Shown: one piece after another, positions 63,891 to 64,000 of the stretch | Position numbering within the stretch: the stretch's first letter is position 1 | Layout: each line of letters begins with the position of its first letter | Source of the DNA: Phaeosaccion multiseriatum | Taxonomy: Eukaryota > Protista > Ochrophyta, other classes | Assembly (NCBI GenBank): GCA_965112735.1 | Contig: OZ218950.1 | Location: forward strand, 2,356,001-2,420,000 | Direction of reading: 5' to 3' | Length of the DNA stretch: 64,000 nucleotides | Made by a program: the position numbers and the translations under genes | Notes under the pieces: model-generated | What the model was told of the DNA's origin: nothing | The model's input: only the letters and a program-made list of their open reading frames with translations | Databases searched by the model: none

Positions 63891-64000
63891 CCCTCCTTGC
63901 GGAGCTGGAAAGGGCCGTGAATCAGAGCGCTGCGGCAAGCAAGCTCTACCACATGCCAATCTCATTCTCGTCCTTCTAGTCTTCTATACAGTCTCGCAGG

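Overview
Eukaryotic genomic DNA: GC-rich, GT-AG introns full of (CA)n/(CCCT)n/(TCAC)n microsatellites, and a cycloartenol-route sterol gene. This suggests an alga or protist, but the lineage cannot be fixed from sequence alone. About 57 kb of the minus strand (6476-63473, 5' end apparently outside the window) can be spliced by hand into one giant modular type I PKS of 19 exons and about 18,000 codons. All splice phases agree except one +1 discontinuity near 10885. Domain order N->C: [KS(partial)-ACP]-[KS-AT-DH-ER-KR0-ACP-ACP-ACP-ECH-ECH-HMGS]-[KS*-ACP]-3x[KS-DH-ER-KR-ACP]-2x[KS-AT-DH-ER-KR-ACP]-[KS-AT-KR-ACP]-[KS-DH-ER-KR-ACP]-[KS-ACP]-[membrane-embedded, three-repeat TM/hexapeptide domain resembling the C-terminus of epsilon-poly-L-lysine synthetase]. 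Main points of interest: (1) a beta-branching cassette fused in cis, built with a mevalonate-type HMG-CoA synthase; (2) a Pls-like membrane ligase/polymerase terminus instead of a thioesterase; (3) mixed cis-AT and AT-less modules; (4) symmetric exons that each carry exactly one module. The first 5 kb hold a secreted Cys- and Pro/Thr-rich protein gene (+) and cycloeucalenol cycloisomerase (-). Domain boundaries are approximate.
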